Assembly (NCBI GenBank): GCA_046261835.1
Contig: JBHEOA010000098.1
Location: 1-46,424, forward strand
From: Gemmatimonadota bacterium
GTDB lineage: Bacteria > Gemmatimonadota > Gemmatimonadetes > JACCXV01 > JAHWKZ01
Direction of reading: 5' to 3'
DNA length: 46,424 bases
The notes under the pieces are model-generated. The model searched no databases and was not told where the DNA came from. It saw only the letters and a list, made by a program, of their open reading frames with translations. The first letter of the stretch is position 1. Each line of letters begins with the position of its first letter. The position numbers were made by a program, and so were the translations under genes. Shown piece after piece: positions 46,275-46,424 of this stretch.

Positions 46275-46307
46275 GGCCGCAACGATACACGGAGCCCGGC
46301 GGGCGTC

Positions 46308-46424
46308 CTAATCGGTGCCGGCCTCCCAGATCACTCTGCCGCCGCGGATCGCGGTGTGAACCCGTGCGAACGCGGCGATATCGCGGGCAGGATCGCCCTC
46401 CAGGAGCACGAGATCGGCGTCCAT
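46308..46424 (-). CDS. Amidohydrolase family protein, C-terminal end (partial)
   Basis: Manual translation ...DADLVLLEGDPARDIAAFARVHTAIRGGRVIW...; typical ADLVLL-x-GDP tail. Confidence 0.75.
   Translation of the reverse strand: MDADLVLLEGDPARDIAAFARVHTAIRGGRVIWEAGTD

Overview
GC-rich bacterial chromosomal segment with about 50 densely packed genes. Gene content and style suggest a diderm, Gemmatimonadota-like organism; this is an inference with no marker gene in the window. Content is mainly cell envelope and housekeeping: sixA, a TolB/PD40 propeller, an M28-PDZ peptidase, two ECF sigma/anti-sigma operons, LPS and peptidoglycan genes (GT2, GT4, GT9, Kdo-kinase-like, two dacB, NlpC/P60), mrp, a DHH phosphoesterase, an ABC exporter, nfeD, ggt, a dsbA-like gene, an aldehyde dehydrogenase, menG/ubiE, arginase and mutM. 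No rRNA, tRNA, CRISPR array, integrase or transposase was recognised. The most unusual feature is non-coding: two divergent, homologous ~133-nt rod-like elements (33024-33157, 33278-33409) between ggt and a lipoprotein gene. They have ~30-bp closing stems with compensatory substitutions and an invariant TTAAAAC...AAGGTGG internal loop, so they are candidate undescribed structured RNA/ssDNA elements. Other highlights: a duplicated ECF promoter (CAACC-N16-CGTCCAA) that reveals an unannotated small secreted Pro/Arg-rich peptide; chains of stop/start-overlapping mini-ORFs at gene junctions; an A10 frameshift in an LPS kinase; a BKACE-YgfA fusion; an orphan membrane-anchored HicB-like protein; probable CTG starts; and probable leaderless genes.
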